Notes: generated by a model from the letters alone, not told the origin. A DNA stretch of 64,000 nucleotides from an uncultured Actinomycetota bacterium (GCA_963767095.1 CAVYCK010000011.1:64199-128198), one strand, 5' to 3'. Shown: positions 1-12,405, counted from the first letter of the stretch. Numbers and translations: made by a program.

Positions 1-201
1 ACCTGCTTCTACCGCCCGCTGCTGTCGAGCTCGGAGAACTACGAGCGCTGGAACCGCAACGGCGGCCGCGACACCGCCGAGCGCGCCACGACGATCTACC
101 AGGAGAAGCTCGAGGCCTACGAGGCGCCGCCGCTGGACGACGCGATCGCCGCCGAGCTCGACGAGTACGTCGTGCGCCGCCGCGCCGAGCTGGGCGACTG
201 A
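1..201 (+). CDS. 3' end of trimethylamine methyltransferase (MttB)-family protein, partial; probably glycine-betaine:corrinoid methyltransferase-like
   Basis: Frame 1 reads TCFYRPLLSSSENYERWNRNGGRDTAERATTIYQEKLEAYEAPPLDDAIAAELDEYVVRRRAELGD*, typical of the MttB C-terminus. TGA overlaps the purU ATG, and the context is betaine metabolism. Confidence 0.7.
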   Translation, partial: TCFYRPLLSSSENYERWNRNGGRDTAERATTIYQEKLEAYEAPPLDDAIAAELDEYVVRRRAELGD

Positions 202-1121
202 TGGCCGCGGACGACGCGACCGAGCTCGCCACGCCCCTCGACCCGCACGGCGGCGGGACGACCGACCCCGCCCAGGAATGCGTGCTCACGGTCATCTGCG
301 CCGACCGGCCCGGGATCGTGCACGAGGTCTCGGGCTTCCTGGTCCGCCACTGCGCCAACATCGTCGAGAGCCAGCACTTCAACGACCTCCAGGAGCGGCG
401 CTTCTTCATGCGGGTGCGCTTCGAGGGGACGACCGGCCCGCTCGACCCGGTGGCGCTGCGCGACGACTTCGCGGCGGTCGCCGACGCGTTCGGGATGCAG
501 TGGGAGCTGTGGGACACCGCGACGCCGTACCGCACCCTGCTGATGGTCTCCCAGCACCTGCACTGCCTCAACGACCTGCTGTTCCGCTGGTCGACGGGCT
601 CGGTGAACATCGAGATCCCGGCCATCGTGTCCAACCACCTGGACGCGAAGCGGCTCGCCGACACCTACGAGCTGCCGTTCCACCACATCCCGGTGCGGCC
701 GGACAACAAGGCGGACGCCGAGCGTCAGCTCTCCGAGCTCGCCGACGAGCACGGCATCCACCTGATCGTGCTGGCGCGCTACATGCAGATCCTCAGCGAC
801 GACCTGTGCACGCGCTGGTCGGGCCGGATCATCAACATCCACCACTCGTTCCTGCCGAGCTTCAAGGGCGCCAAGCCCTACCACCAGGCGTTCGAGCGGG
901 GCGTCAAGCTGGTCGGCGCGACCGCCCACTACGTCACCGCCGACCTCGACGAGGGCCCGATCATCGAGCAGGACGTGCTGCGCGTCGACCACGGCCTGGT
1001 GCAGGACCAGCTCGTCTCGGCCGGGCGCGACGTCGAGGCGCAGGTGCTCTCCCGCGCCGTCCGCTGGCACTCGGAGACCCGGGTGCTGATGAACGGGCAC
1101 CGCACGGTCGTCTTCCGCTGA
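201..1121 (+). CDS. purU: Formyltetrahydrofolate deformylase
   Basis: N-terminal ACT domain (DRPGIVH), LARYMQILS, INIHHSFLPSFKGAKPYHQA, GATAHYVT, DLDEGPIIEQ. Confidence 0.95.
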   Translation: MAADDATELATPLDPHGGGTTDPAQECVLTVICADRPGIVHEVSGFLVRHCANIVESQHFNDLQERRFFMRVRFEGTTGPLDPVALRDDFAAVADAFGMQWELWDTATPYRTLLMVSQHLHCLNDLLFRWSTGSVNIEIPAIVSNHLDAKRLADTYELPFHHIPVRPDNKADAERQLSELADEHGIHLIVLARYMQILSDDLCTRWSGRIINIHHSFLPSFKGAKPYHQAFERGVKLVGATAHYVTADLDEGPIIEQDVLRVDHGLVQDQLVSAGRDVEAQVLSRAVRWHSETRVLMNGHRTVVFR

Positions 1122-1127
1122 CAGTCG

Positions 1128-1192
1128 GGATAGTCCCTCACGTATGGCACCGGCCCAGGCCGGGTTTCGGTGCCATACGTGAGGGACTATCC
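1128..1192. repeat. 65-bp intergenic palindromic element, family 1, copy 1
   Basis: GGATAGTCCCTCACGTATGGCACCG-N15-CGGTGCCATACGTGAGGGACTATCC; also at 18169 and 45769. Confidence 0.9.
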
Positions 1193-1242
1193 GAGCAGCG
1201 TGCCGGCCGGCTGTCGTGACACGTTGCGTCATGAGGTCTACG

Positions 1243-1259
1243 GTTGCGCCATGAGCAAC
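1243..1259. promoter_or_regulatory. Putative operator GTTGC-N7-GCAAC overlapping the IclR start codon
   Basis: GTTGC GCCATGA GCAAC; same motif before betB, betT and the GcvT-family gene. Confidence 0.6.
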
Positions 1260-2030
1260 GAGGCCGGGGCGGTCAACGGCGCAGCGGTGCAGTCGGTCGA
1301 CCGGGCGCTCAGCATCCTTGAGTCGCTGGCCCGCACCGGTGAGCTGGGCGTCACCGAGCTGGCCCAGGGGCTCGACGTGCACAAGTCGACCGCGTTCCGG
1401 CTCGTCGCCACCCTGGAGAGCCACGGGCTGGTCGAGCAGACCGAGGACCGGGGGAAGTACCGCCTCGGCGTCGGCCTGCTCCGCCTCGCCGGCGCCACCA
1501 CGGCCCGGCTCGACGTGGTGCAGGAGGCGCGCTCGATCTGCCGCAAGCTCGCCGCCGACACCAACGAGACCGTCAACGTCGCCGTCCTCGCGGACCACTC
1601 GGCGCTCTACCTCGACCAGGTCGCCGGCTCCAGCGCACTCCAGTCGCACAACTGGGTCGGCCAGCACATCCCGCTGCACGCCACCAGCAACGGCAAGGTG
1701 CTGATCAGCTGGCTCGAGCCCGAGGAGCAGACCCGGGTGCTCGGCGCGCTGCCGGCGTACACCGCCCTCACCATCACCCGCAAGGGCGAGCTGCGCAAGG
1801 AGCTCGAGAAGGTCCGGGCGCAGGGGTACGCCGTCGCCGTCGACGAGCTCGAGATCGGGCTGACCGCCGTGGCCGCGCCGATCCACAACGCCCACGGTGA
1901 CGTGATCGCGTCGATGAGCGTGAGCGGCCCGACGTTCCGCCTGACCGAGGAGAAGCTCCCCGGCGTCATCGAGCTTCTCGTGGCCTCGGCCGACGAGGTC
2001 TCCCACCGGCTCGGCTGGGGCCACCGCTAG
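1251..2030 (+). CDS. IclR-family transcriptional regulator
   Basis: VQSVDRALSIL...HKSTAFRLVATL helix-turn-helix; PLHATSNGK; GYAVAVDELEIG..AVAAPI..SMSVSGP effector domain. Confidence 0.93.
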   Translation: MSNEAGAVNGAAVQSVDRALSILESLARTGELGVTELAQGLDVHKSTAFRLVATLESHGLVEQTEDRGKYRLGVGLLRLAGATTARLDVVQEARSICRKLAADTNETVNVAVLADHSALYLDQVAGSSALQSHNWVGQHIPLHATSNGKVLISWLEPEEQTRVLGALPAYTALTITRKGELRKELEKVRAQGYAVAVDELEIGLTAVAAPIHNAHGDVIASMSVSGPTFRLTEEKLPGVIELLVASADEVSHRLGWGHR

Positions 2031-2046
2031 GCGCGACCCAGCGACC

Positions 2047-2905
2047 TCAGAGGTGGCGAGCGCTCGGCCAGACGGTGGCGAGGTCGACGTCGGGGAAGCG
2101 GAGGGCGGTGGCGTCGTAGACGCCCCGGAAGTACGCGGCCATCTCGGCGACCAGGTCGTCCGGGAGGGCCTCGCCCTTGGGCGAGGCGTTGACGACGTGG
2201 CTCAGGTCGGGCTCGTGGAAGTCGATGGCGAGCCGGTCGCACAGCGACGGCGAGGACGTCGCGGTCGAAGAGCTGCTCGTAGAGGGCCAGCCACGAGGCG
2301 CCGGGCCCGAAGGCCTCGTCGAGGGCGGTGAGGGTCAGGTCGTAGCGGGTGCGCAGCGCGTGGTCGTCCTGGGCGTACAGGCGCCGCACCCAGTCCGACG
2401 TCGGCCCCGGAAAGTCCTCGGGCCGACGCTGCTGGTTCATCCGCACCATCGACCAGATCCGCTCGACCGGGTCGCGCAGCAGGAACACCGGCACGATCGG
2501 CACGCCCCGCTCGGCGAAGCCGGCGCGGATCGAGACGAGGCGGGTGGCCGGCAACAGGGCGTACGACGGCGTGATGTCGCAGGTGAGCGAGACGCCGGGC
2601 CGGGCCAGGAGCGAGGTGAAGTAGTCGAAGTACGTCGTGGGGTCGGCGTAGAAGGCCGCCTGGCGCAGGGCGTCGACGTTGGCGGGCACCCCGCGCTCCA
2701 GGGCCTCGACGGCCTTGGCCGCCCGGGCGACGACGCGCCGGCGCATCCAGGCCTCCGAGGGGAGGTCGAGCCCGTCGAAGACGTGGTACTCCTTGCGGAA
2801 CCCCGGGTCGCACGCCGGCGAGGCCGCGAGATAGTCGTGGAGCCACGACGTACCGCCCTTCTGGCAGCCCAGACCGAGGGCGAAGACGGGCGAACGATCC
2901 GGCAC
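2047..2905 (-). CDS. Sulfotransferase-family protein (apparent frameshift near 2249)
   Basis: GLGCQKGGTSWL (5'-PSB), KEYHVFD, DITPSY, LLRDPVERIWS (3'-PB); C-terminus continues in another frame (LCDRLAIDFHEPD...WPSARHL*). Confidence 0.75.
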
Positions 2906-3103
2906 CGTTGCATCATCGCAACAATCCAGAGACACCACGAACCTCAGGGCATGGCCGCTGCCCGTGCCCTGCTGCGCGTGGTCACGACGACACCTGGACT
3001 GCGTTGTCGTCAGTAGCCAGGGCTCCGCCCTGTCTCCCTCCTCCGCCTTGCCAGGCGTGCGCCGGGACCACGCTCGCGACGGACACGGACAGCGGCCATC
3101 CCC

Positions 3104-3183
3104 TTGACTGCGCGTGACCGAGGTCGCATGCTCAGGCTCATCATCGAGTTGCGACATGAGCATCGGGTTGCTTGATGTGCAAC
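3104..3183 (+). promoter_or_regulatory. betB promoter (TTGACT-17-CATGCT) followed by tandem operator boxes
   Basis: GTTGC GACATGA GCATC (3148-3164) and GTTGC TTGATGT GCAAC (3167-3183). Confidence 0.6.
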
Positions 3184-3212
3184 ACAACCCGTCAAACGTG
3201 ACGGAGGGTCGA

Positions 3213-4730
3213 GTGTCGTCGCTATACGTGGGTGGGGTCTGGACCGGCGCCCGTGCGGGAGGCCGGCGGGAGATCCGCTGCCCTGCCGACGGTGCCCTGG
3301 TGGGCACCGTCGACGAGGCCACGGCAGCTGACACCGAGGCGGCGATCGCCGCTGCCCGCGACGCGTTCGACGAGGGACCCTGGCCGCAGCTGTCGACTCG
3401 CGCGCGGGCCGACGTCCTCCTCGAGGTCGCCGACCTGCTCCAGCGCGACAAGGCCGCGATCGCGCGGATGGAGAGCCTCGACACGGGGAAGCGGCTCGCC
3501 GAGAGCGAGCTCGACGTCGACGACGTCACCAGCGTCTTCCGCCACTACGGCGAGAGCGTGCGCACCGAGCCCGGGCGCAGCGTCGACGTGGGCCGCGACG
3601 ACGTCGAGTCGCGGGTCGTCCACGAGCCCGTCGGTGTCTGCGCCCTGATCACGCCGTGGAACTACCCGCTGCTCCAGGTCGCCTGGAAGGTCGCGCCCTG
3701 CCTCGTCGCGGGCAACACCTTCGTGCTCAAGCCCAGCGAGCTGACGCCGCACACGGCGATCCACCTGATGCGGCTGCTGGAGGAGGCCGGCGTCCCCGCA
3801 GGCGTGGCGAACCTGATCCTCGGCGCCGGCGCCGATGCGGGCGCGCCGCTCTCCACGGACCCACGGGTCGACCTGGTGTCCTTCACCGGCGGCGTCGAGA
3901 CGGGCAAGCGGCTGATGGTCAATGCCGCCGCCACCGTGAAGAAGATCGCCCTCGAGCTCGGCGGCAAGAACCCCAACATCGTCTTCGCCGACGCCGACCG
4001 TGAGGCCGCGCTCGACAACGCGCTGACCGCGGTCTTCCTGCACTCCGGCCAGGTGTGCTCGGCCGGGGCGCGGCTGCTGGTGGAGGAGAGCCTCCACGAC
4101 GAGCTGGTCGCGGAGATCGCCAAGCGAGCCGGCGCGATCCGGCTCGGCGGACCGTTCGACGACGACGCCGAGACCGGCGCCCTCATCTCGCAGGGCCACC
4201 TCGACAAGGTGACGGCGTACGTCGACGCGGCGGTCGCCGAGGGCGCGACCGTGCTCGTGGGCGGCACGCGGGCAACCGACGGTGACCTGGCCGACGGCTA
4301 CTTCTTCCCGCCGACCGTCCTCGACGGGTGCGACACGACGATGCGGTGCGTCCAGGAGGAGTCCTTCGGACCGGTCGTCACGGTCGAGACCTTCCGCTCC
4401 GAGGAGGAGGCCGTGCGACTGGCCAACGACTCCATCTACGGGCTGGCCGGCGCGGTGTGGACCTCGGACGAGGCCAAGGCCGAGCGGATCGCGCGTCGCC
4501 TGCGCCTCGGCACGGTGTGGATCAACGACTACCACCCCTACGTCGCCCAGGCGGAGTGGGGCGGCTACAAGCAGTCGGGCATCGGGCGCGAGCTCGGCAA
4601 CGCCGGGCTCGAGGAGTATCGCGAGACCAAGCACGTCTGGCGCAACCTCAAGCCTGCTCCGTCGGACTGGTTCGGCGGAGCGGAGCCGCCGTCTCGAGAC
4701 CGAGCCGACGAAGGAGCGGCCCGTGGCTGA
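3213..4730 (+). CDS. betB: Betaine aldehyde dehydrogenase
   Basis: [50 protein letters not shown]; directly upstream of choline dehydrogenase. Confidence 0.88.
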   Translation: MSSLYVGGVWTGARAGGRREIRCPADGALVGTVDEATAADTEAAIAAARDAFDEGPWPQLSTRARADVLLEVADLLQRDKAAIARMESLDTGKRLAESELDVDDVTSVFRHYGESVRTEPGRSVDVGRDDVESRVVHEPVGVCALITPWNYPLLQVAWKVAPCLVAGNTFVLKPSELTPHTAIHLMRLLEEAGVPAGVANLILGAGADAGAPLSTDPRVDLVSFTGGVETGKRLMVNAAATVKKIALELGGKNPNIVFADADREAALDNALTAVFLHSGQVCSAGARLLVEESLHDELVAEIAKRAGAIRLGGPFDDDAETGALISQGHLDKVTAYVDAAVAEGATVLVGGTRATDGDLADGYFFPPTVLDGCDTTMRCVQEESFGPVVTVETFRSEEEAVRLANDSIYGLAGAVWTSDEAKAERIARRLRLGTVWINDYHPYVAQAEWGGYKQSGIGRELGNAGLEEYRETKHVWRNLKPAPSDWFGGAEPPSRDRADEGAARG

Positions 4731-6429
4731 ACGGGTCTACGACTACGTCATCGTCGGTGGCGGCTCGGCCGGCTCGGCGCTCGGCAACCGGCTCAGCGCG
4801 GGGCCGGGGACGTCGGTCCTCGTGCTCGAGGCGGGCCGCTCCGACTACATCATCGACCCGCTCGTCCACATGCCCGCGGCGCTGCCGTTCTCGATCGGCA
4901 ACCCGCTCTACGACTGGAAGTACGAGACCGACCCCGAGCCGCACATGAACGGCCGCAGGATCGCCCACGCGCGCGGCAAGGTTCTCGGTGGCAGCAGCTC
5001 GATCAACGGCATGATCTTCCAGCGCGGCAACCCCATGGACTTCGAGCGCTGGGCGGGTGACCCGGGCATGGAGACCTGGGACTTCCGGCACTGCCTGCCC
5101 TACTTCAAGCGCATGGAGACCCGTCTCGACGACAACGGGCGCCCCGCGCCCGACGACTGGCGCGGCGGTGACGGGCCGCTCGTGCTCGAGCGCGGCCCGG
5201 CGAAGAACCCGCTCTTCGACGCGTTCTTCAAGGCGTGCGAGGAGGCCGGCTACCCGCTGACCGACGACGTCAACGGCTATCGCCAGGAGGGCTTCGCCCG
5301 CTTCGACCGCAACATCCGCAACGGCCGCCGCCTCTCCGCTGCCCGCGCCTACCTGCACCCGGTGATGCGCCGGACGAACCTCAAGGTCGAGACGCTCTCG
5401 TTCGTCACCGGCATCCGGTTCGAGGGCAAGCGCGCTGTCGGCGTCGACTACCGGCGCGGCGGCGTACGCCGATCGGTGCGGGCCGGCGAGGTGATCCTGT
5501 GCGGTGGGGCGATCGCGAGCCCGCAGCTGATGCAGCTCTCGGGTGTCGGCGACCCCGACCTGCTCCGCCCGCTGGGCATCCCCGTCGTGCACGACCTTCC
5601 CGGGGTCGGCGCCAACCTGCAGGACCACCTCGAGGTCTACATCCAGTACGCCTCCAAGCAGCCGGTGTCGATCGCGCCCGGCCTGGCCTGGCACCAGCGG
5701 CCGAAGATCGCCTTCGACTGGCTGTTCCGGCACCAGGGCCTCGGCGCCACCAACCACTTCGAGGGCGGTGGGTTCTGCCGGAGCAACGACGCGGTCGGCT
5801 GGCCCAACCTGATGTTCCACTTCCTGCCGATCGCGATCCGCTACGACGGCACGTCGCCGACGAAGGGCCACGGCTACCAGGTGCACGTCGGCCCGATGTA
5901 CGCCGACACCCGCGGCCACGTCCGGATCAGGAGCACCGACCCGCGGATGCACCCGAGCATGGTCTTCAACTACCTCTCGACGCCGACCGACCGCAAGGAG
6001 TGGGTGGAGGCGATCCGCACGGCGCGGCAGATCCTCAACCAGCCGGCGTTCGCGCCGTACAACGACGGCGAGCTCTCGCCCGGACCCTCGGTCGAGACCG
6101 ACGAGGAGATCCTCGACTGGGTACGCGCCGACGCCGAGACCGCCCTGCACCCCTCCTGCACTGCCAAGATGGGCACCGAGGAGGGCTCCGTGACCGATCC
6201 GCTGACGATGAAGGTGCACGGCCTCGAAGGGCTTCGCGTCGTCGACGCCTCCGTCTTCCCGTACGTCACCAACGGCAACATCTACGCACCGGTGATGATG
6301 GTGGCCGAGAAGGCCGCCGACCTGATCCTCGGAAACACCCCGCTCGCGCCCGCCACGGTCCCGTACTACCGGCATGGTGCCGGCATGCCGCTGTGGCCAG
6401 GCGACCATCACGAGGAGGCCCCAGCATGA
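4723..6429 (+). CDS. betA: Choline dehydrogenase (GMC oxidoreductase)
   Basis: [67 protein letters not shown]. Confidence 0.93.
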   Translation: MAERVYDYVIVGGGSAGSALGNRLSAGPGTSVLVLEAGRSDYIIDPLVHMPAALPFSIGNPLYDWKYETDPEPHMNGRRIAHARGKVLGGSSSINGMIFQRGNPMDFERWAGDPGMETWDFRHCLPYFKRMETRLDDNGRPAPDDWRGGDGPLVLERGPAKNPLFDAFFKACEEAGYPLTDDVNGYRQEGFARFDRNIRNGRRLSAARAYLHPVMRRTNLKVETLSFVTGIRFEGKRAVGVDYRRGGVRRSVRAGEVILCGGAIASPQLMQLSGVGDPDLLRPLGIPVVHDLPGVGANLQDHLEVYIQYASKQPVSIAPGLAWHQRPKIAFDWLFRHQGLGATNHFEGGGFCRSNDAVGWPNLMFHFLPIAIRYDGTSPTKGHGYQVHVGPMYADTRGHVRIRSTDPRMHPSMVFNYLSTPTDRKEWVEAIRTARQILNQPAFAPYNDGELSPGPSVETDEEILDWVRADAETALHPSCTAKMGTEEGSVTDPLTMKVHGLEGLRVVDASVFPYVTNGNIYAPVMMVAEKAADLILGNTPLAPATVPYYRHGAGMPLWPGDHHEEAPA

Positions 6430-7484
6430 CCGCCACGATCGACCCCGCCACCACCACCACCGACTCCGCGCTGAAGGTCGACGGGCTCTGGAAGATCTTC
6501 GGGCCCAGGTCCGACCAGATCATCGGCACGCCCGACGCGGAGCTCTCCCGTGCTGATCTCAAGGCCAAGACCGGCAACGTCGTCGGCGTGAAGGACGTGT
6601 CCTTCGACGTCGCGCCGGGCGAGGTGTTCGTGGTGATGGGCCTCTCGGGCTCGGGCAAGTCGACGCTGGTGCGCCTGCTGACCCGCCTGATCGAGCCGAC
6701 GGCCGGCTCGGTGACGCTGAACGGCGAGGACATCACCGCAGCGTCCGAGTCCAAGCTGCGCGAGATCCGCCGCCACCAGGTGTCGATGGTCTTCCAGCAC
6801 TTCGGCCTGCTGCCGCACCGCCAGGTCATCGACAACGTGGCCTACGGCCTCGAGGTCCGCGGGGTGCCGAAGAAGGAGCGCCGCGACAAGGCCGGCGAGA
6901 TCGTCGACCTGGTCGGCCTCACCGGCTACGAGAAGTCCTACCCCGACCAGCTCTCGGGCGGCATGCAGCAGCGCGTCGGACTGGCCCGCGCGCTGGCCGG
7001 AGACCCCGAGATGCTGCTCTTCGACGAGCCGTTCTCGGCCCTCGACCCGCTGATCCGGCGCGACATGCAGAACGAGGTCATCCGGCTGCACCGCGAGCTC
7101 GGCAAGACGATGGTCTTCATCACCCACGACCTCGCCGAGGCGCTCAAGCTCGGTGACCGCATCCTGATCATGCGCGACGGAGCGATCATCCAGATCGGCT
7201 CGCCCGACGAGGTGGTCGCCCGTCCGGCCGACGACTACGTCAAGGACTTCGTCTCGGAGGTCCCGAAGTCGCACGTGCTGACCCTGAAGTGGGTGATGCG
7301 CGACCCGCGGCCCGGTGAGTCCCTCGAGGGTCCCACGCTCCCCGTGACGACGATCGTCCGCCAGGCGGCCCGGGCGGCGATCGCGTCTGAGCACCCGATC
7401 CGGGTGGTGGACGGCGACACGCTGCTCGGCGTGGTCGACGAGGACGACATCATGCGGGTCGTCGTGGCCGAGGAGGAGGTGTGA
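6426..7484 (+). CDS. Glycine betaine/choline ABC transporter ATP-binding subunit (ProV/OpuAA-like)
   Basis: [44 protein letters not shown]. Confidence 0.93.
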   Translation: MTATIDPATTTTDSALKVDGLWKIFGPRSDQIIGTPDAELSRADLKAKTGNVVGVKDVSFDVAPGEVFVVMGLSGSGKSTLVRLLTRLIEPTAGSVTLNGEDITAASESKLREIRRHQVSMVFQHFGLLPHRQVIDNVAYGLEVRGVPKKERRDKAGEIVDLVGLTGYEKSYPDQLSGGMQQRVGLARALAGDPEMLLFDEPFSALDPLIRRDMQNEVIRLHRELGKTMVFITHDLAEALKLGDRILIMRDGAIIQIGSPDEVVARPADDYVKDFVSEVPKSHVLTLKWVMRDPRPGESLEGPTLPVTTIVRQAARAAIASEHPIRVVDGDTLLGVVDEDDIMRVVVAEEEV

Positions 7485-9560
7485 CCACCACCGCCCCGGC
7501 ACCGGCTGCCCGCAAGCCGGTCGAGCCCGGCGCCGCGCCGCCGCCGCCCGAGCGCAAGTACGTCAGCCGCTGGATCCCGGCCACCGCGATCGTCGCGGTG
7601 TGGATCGTGGTCTGGTACTTCACCGACGGCACCGACACCCTCACCCTGCCCGGCGTCGCGCGCACCGACCTGCACGACCGCCTCACGGAGTTCAACAACG
7701 ACCTGCTCGCGAGTCGCGACACCAACCCGGTCATGCAGTTCACCAACGCGATCTCGGACCTGCTGCGCAGCGCCTTCGAGTGGGTCCAGCGGATGATCGT
7801 CGTGCCCAACCCGCCGCGGCCGGTGCCGGAGATCGGCTGGCTGGGCGTCGTCGCGATCGCGACGTACATCGGGCTCGTGATCGCCAACTGGCGCATCGCC
7901 ATCCTGGTCTGCCTCTCCTTCCTCTCCTTCGGCGTCCTCGGGTTCTGGCAGGACTCGCTCGACCTGCTCATCGTCACCGGCATCTCGGTCGCGATCGTGA
8001 TCCTGCTCGGGATGCCCCTGGCGGTCCTGGTCGGCACCAGCGCGCGGGCCAACAAGGTGATCACCGTCGTCCTCGACCTGATGCAGACGATGCCGACGTT
8101 CGTCTACCTCCTGCCGGTGGTGCTGTTCTTCGGCATCGGCGTGAGCGCGGCGGTCGTGAGCACGCATGATCTACGCGCTCCCGCCCCTGGTCCGGATCGC
8201 CGGCTTCGGGATCAAGGAGGTCCCGACGACCACGATCGAAGCCACCGACTCGGCCGGTCAGACGTACTGGCAGCGGCTCTTCAAGGTGCAGCTGCCGATG
8301 GCGCGCAAGACGATCATCGTCGGCCTCAACCAGACCACGCTCGCCGCGCTCTCGATGGCCACGCTGGCGGCCTTCGTCAACGGCCCGGGTCTCGGCAAGC
8401 CGGTCCTGGCCGGGCTGCGCATCAACGACGTCGGGGCGGCGTTCGTGCCGGGCGTGCTGATCGTGGTGATGGCCGTGATGCTCGACCGCACCACGACAGC
8501 GGCCAGCGAGCGCTCCGAGAAGGTGGCCCGTGGCGGCGGCGGCAACGTCCGGCAGCGCCGGATCATCCTCGCGGTGGGCGGCGTCGTCACCCTCGTCGCC
8601 GTCTACCTCTCGCGCACCTACATCGGCCTCGCCGAGTTCCCCGTCTACACGATCGGCGACAAGATCGCCGAGGGCGTCAACGAGGCCATGGACTGGGTCA
8701 CCAGCACCTTCGGTGGCGTCACCGGCGCGTTCAAGGACTTCATCACCAACTGGTTCCTCAACCCGATGCAGAACCTGATCGCCGAGTCTCCGTGGTACGT
8801 CTCGTTCATCGCGATCGCCGCGCTCGCCTTCGTCTTCGGGGGCTCCCGCGCCCTGGTGTCGACGCTCATCTGCCTCACCGGCATCTGGTACTTCGACCTC
8901 TGGCACGACGCGATGATCACCCTGACCATGACGCTGGTCGCCACCGTGCTGGTGATGATCCTGGCCCTGGTGTTCGGCGTCTGGATGGCCCGTGACCGCA
9001 AGGTCGACTTCGGCATCAGACCGTTCCTGGACGCCGGCCAGACCATCCCGCCGTTCGTCTACCTGATCCCGGTGCTCGCGCTCTTCGGGCCGTCGCGCTT
9101 CACCGCGATCGTGGCGGGCGTCGTCTACGCGGCCCCTGCGGCGATCAAGCTGGTGGCCGACGGCGTCAAGGCCGTCTCGCCCACCACCATCGAGGCGGGT
9201 CGCTCGACCGGCCAGACGACCTGGCAGGAGATCACCAAGGTCCAGCTGCCGATGGCCAAGGGCTCGCTGGTGCTGGCCACCAACCAGGGCCTGCTCTACG
9301 TGCTCTCCATGACCGTGATCGGCGGCCTGGTCGGCGCCGGTGCTCTCGGCTACGACGTCGTCTACGGGTTCGCTCGAAGCGAGGCGTGGGGCAAGGGCCT
9401 CGCGGCCGGCATCACCATCGTCCTGCTCGGCGTGATGCTCGACCGGATCACCCGCGCGGCGGCCGACGTACGCCGCGACGACGGGGCCGGCCCGCGCCGG
9501 GCCTTCCACACGCGGCTGCCGATCGGCTTCCCCGGCGACCGGAAGGTCGTCGAGACCTGA
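7481..9560 (+). CDS. Glycine betaine ABC transporter permease with two fused permease domains (frameshift near 8162)
   Basis: Two ProW-like modules: [13 protein letters not shown] and [14 protein letters not shown]; two KVQLPMA EAA regions. Confidence 0.85.
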
Positions 9561-9621
9561 CCCCGGTCGAGCCAGAGACCCCCAACGATTTCCGATCAAC
9601 CATCAGATGAGGAGAACCACC

Positions 9622-10611
9622 ATGAGAACTGCCCGCAGCCGGGGTGCGCGACTCGGGGCAGTAGCCGCCGTCGCCACTTTGGCCCTCTCCGCCTGCGGCG
9701 GAGGTTCGATCGACGAGCAGACCGAGGCCAACGAGTCGCAGGCCGCCGAGGGCGGTGGCGAGTGCGGTGACCTCAACATGGCCGTGAACCCCTGGGTCGG
9801 CTACGAGGCCAGCGCGTACGTCGTCGGCACCGTGGCCGAGCAGGAGCTCGGCTGCACCGTGGAGTACAAGGAGCTCAAGGAGGACGTCTCCTGGCAGGGC
9901 TTCGGCACCGGCGAGGTCGACGTCGTCATCGAGGACTGGGGCCACCCGGACCTGGAGAAGAAGTTCTTCGCCGAGTCCGGCGACGGCACGGCGACGGACT
10001 TCGGTCCGCAGGGCAACATCGGCATCATCGGCTGGTTCGTCCCGCCGTGGCTCGCCGAGGAGCACCCGGACATCCTCGAGTGGGAGAACCTCAACAAGTA
10101 CGCCTCCGAGTTCGAGACCAGTGAGTCCGACGGCAAGGGCCAGTTCCTCGGCGCCGACCCGTCGTACGTCCAGTTCGACGAGGCGATCGTGGAGAACCTG
10201 GACCTCGACTTCAAGGTCGTCTTCTCCGGCAGCGAGGCCGCCTCCATCGAGGCGTTCCGTGCCGCCGAGGAGAACAAGGAGTGGGTCATCGGCTACTGGT
10301 ACGAGCCGCAGTACTTCAACGCCGAGGTCGCGATGCAGCGGGTCGCGCTGCCGCCGTACGAGGACGGCTGCCAGGACGACCCGCAGACGGTCGCCTGCGA
10401 CTACCCCGAGACGGAGCTGAAGAAGATCGTCAGCACCGAGTGGTCCGAGGGCGACTCCACCGCGGTCGGCCTGGTCCAGAACTTCACCTGGACCAACGAG
10501 GACCAGAACGTCGTCGCCGGCTACATCGCGGCCGACGGGATGTCTCCGGAGGACGCCGCCGCCAAGTGGATCGAGGAGAACCCCGACAAGGTGGAGGCCT
10601 GGCTCGGCTGA
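9622..10611 (+). CDS. Glycine betaine ABC transporter substrate-binding lipoprotein
   Basis: Lipobox LSAC, NPWVGY, GYWYEPQ, EDAAAKWIEENPDKVEAWL; RBS GAGGAG. Confidence 0.88.
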   Translation: MRTARSRGARLGAVAAVATLALSACGGGSIDEQTEANESQAAEGGGECGDLNMAVNPWVGYEASAYVVGTVAEQELGCTVEYKELKEDVSWQGFGTGEVDVVIEDWGHPDLEKKFFAESGDGTATDFGPQGNIGIIGWFVPPWLAEEHPDILEWENLNKYASEFETSESDGKGQFLGADPSYVQFDEAIVENLDLDFKVVFSGSEAASIEAFRAAEENKEWVIGYWYEPQYFNAEVAMQRVALPPYEDGCQDDPQTVACDYPETELKKIVSTEWSEGDSTAVGLVQNFTWTNEDQNVVAGYIAADGMSPEDAAAKWIEENPDKVEAWLG

Positions 10612-10629
10612 CGCTGAACCGACGACCCT

Positions 10630-10665
10630 GAGCCGGCGTCGGCTCTCGCGAGCCGGCGCCGGCTT
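10630..10665 (+). terminator. Stem-loop after the ABC operon
   Basis: GAGCCGGCGTCGGCTC-TCGC-GAGCCGGCGCCGGCTT. Confidence 0.6.
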
Positions 10666-10691
10666 CGTCGTCCTCGCGGCCGGACGAGTCC

Positions 10692-10756
10692 TTGACGCCG
10701 GGTGTGACGCACGCACAGTGTGTCTCGTATCGCGCATCGTGTTGCGCAGCAGCAAC
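10692..10756 (+). promoter_or_regulatory. BCCT promoter (TTGACG-16-CACAGT) with tandem operator boxes
   Basis: GTCTC GTATCGC GCATC (10722-10738) and GTTGC GCAGCA GCAAC (10741-10756). Confidence 0.5.
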
Positions 10757-10784
10757 ATCGTCCGACGATCTCGACAGGTGGCGC

Positions 10785-12405
10785 ATGGCAACGTGACACC
10801 GCAGGGCCGGCGCACCGAGCCGACCAGCCGGCGGCCGCTCCGCCGTCGACAAGATCGTGTTCGGCGTCGCCGCCGTGCTCGTCCTGGCGTTCCTGCTCTG
10901 GGGCGTCATCGACGCCGATGGATCGGGTGAGACGACCCTCGAGGCGCGCAACTGGATGACGACGACGTTCGGCTGGCTCTTCGTGCTGACCAGCGGCGGC
11001 TTCCTGCTCTTCTCGGCGTTCCTCGCCTTCTCCCGCTACGGCAACATCAAGCTCGGCCCCGACGACTCCGAGCCGGAGTTCTCGACGTTCTCGTGGGTCT
11101 CGATGATGTTCGCCACCGGCATGGGCATCGGGCTGATGTTCTACGGCGTCGCCGAGCCGCTGTGCGCACCTCGACGACCCCGCCGCTCGGCCTGGCCGAG
11201 GCCGGGCTCGCGAGCAGGCCGCGCAGCTCGCGATGGAGTACACGTTCTTCCACTGGGGCTTCCACCCCTGGGCGATGTACGCCGTCATCGGCCTCTCGAT
11301 CGGCTACTTCGCCTACCGCAAGGGCTACGGCAACCTGGTGTCCGGCGCCTTCACCCCGCTGCTCGGCGCGCGCGCCAAGCAGGGTCCCGGCAAGGCCATC
11401 GACGTCGTCGCGATCTTCGCGACGCTGTTCGGCTCGGCGACCTCGCTGGGCCTGGGCGCGCTGCAGATCACCGGCGGGCTCGACGAGGTGTTCGGTCGGG
11501 GCGAGGGCAGCAAGTCGCTCGCCACGGTCGTGATCGCCGTCCTGACCGCCTGCTTCGTGATCTCGGCGGTCAGCGGTGTCGAGAAGGGCATCAAGTGGCT
11601 CTCGAACGCCAACGCGATCGCCGCGGCGCTGCTGGCGTTCTTCCTGTTCGTCGTCGGCCCGACGGTGTTCATCCTGAGCACCTTCACCGAGTCGATCGGC
11701 GGCTACCTCACCCACCTGCCGGCCATGAGCTTCCGCACCGGCGCGTTCAACGAGGAGAGCATGCAGCTGGCTGAGCGGCTGGACGATCTTCTACTGGGCC
11801 TGGTGGGTCTCGTGGACGCCGTTCGTCGGGCATGTTCATCGCGCGCATCTCCAAGGGCCGCACCATCCGGCAGTTCGTGATCTACGTGATCGCGGTGCCG
11901 TCGCTGGTGTCGTTCGTCTGGTTCTCGATCCTGGGCGGCGCGGCGTTCGACCTGCAGCTCAACCAGGGCGTCGACCTCACCGAGACCGCTGAACGACCGA
12001 CGGCCAGGAGGTCGCGTTGTTCGTCGATGCTGAGCGAGTACCCGCTCGGCTCGATCACCGGTGGCGATCGCGGTGTTCCTGATCGCGATCTTCTTCATCA
12101 CCGGCGCCGACAGCGCCTCGATCGTGATGGGGATGCTGAGCCAGAACGGCGAGGAGCACCCGAAGCGCGGCCTGGTCATCTTCTGGGGTGTCGCCACCGG
12201 CGCCATCGCCGCGGTGCTGCTCCTGCAGGACGGGCTGAACGCCTTGCAGACACTGGTGATCGTGGTCGGCGGGCCGTTCATGCTGATCCTGATCGGCATG
12301 TGCTTCTCGCTGATGAAGGCACTGCGTGAGGAGAACTTCGACTCGACGCTCCCGTCGCGGGTGCGGCGTGCCGTCCAGCACGCTGACAAGTTCCCCGACC
12401 AGTGA
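10785..12405 (+). CDS. BCCT-family choline/betaine transporter (BetT/BetP-like; several frameshifts, start approximate)
   Basis: [74 protein letters not shown]. Confidence 0.85.
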
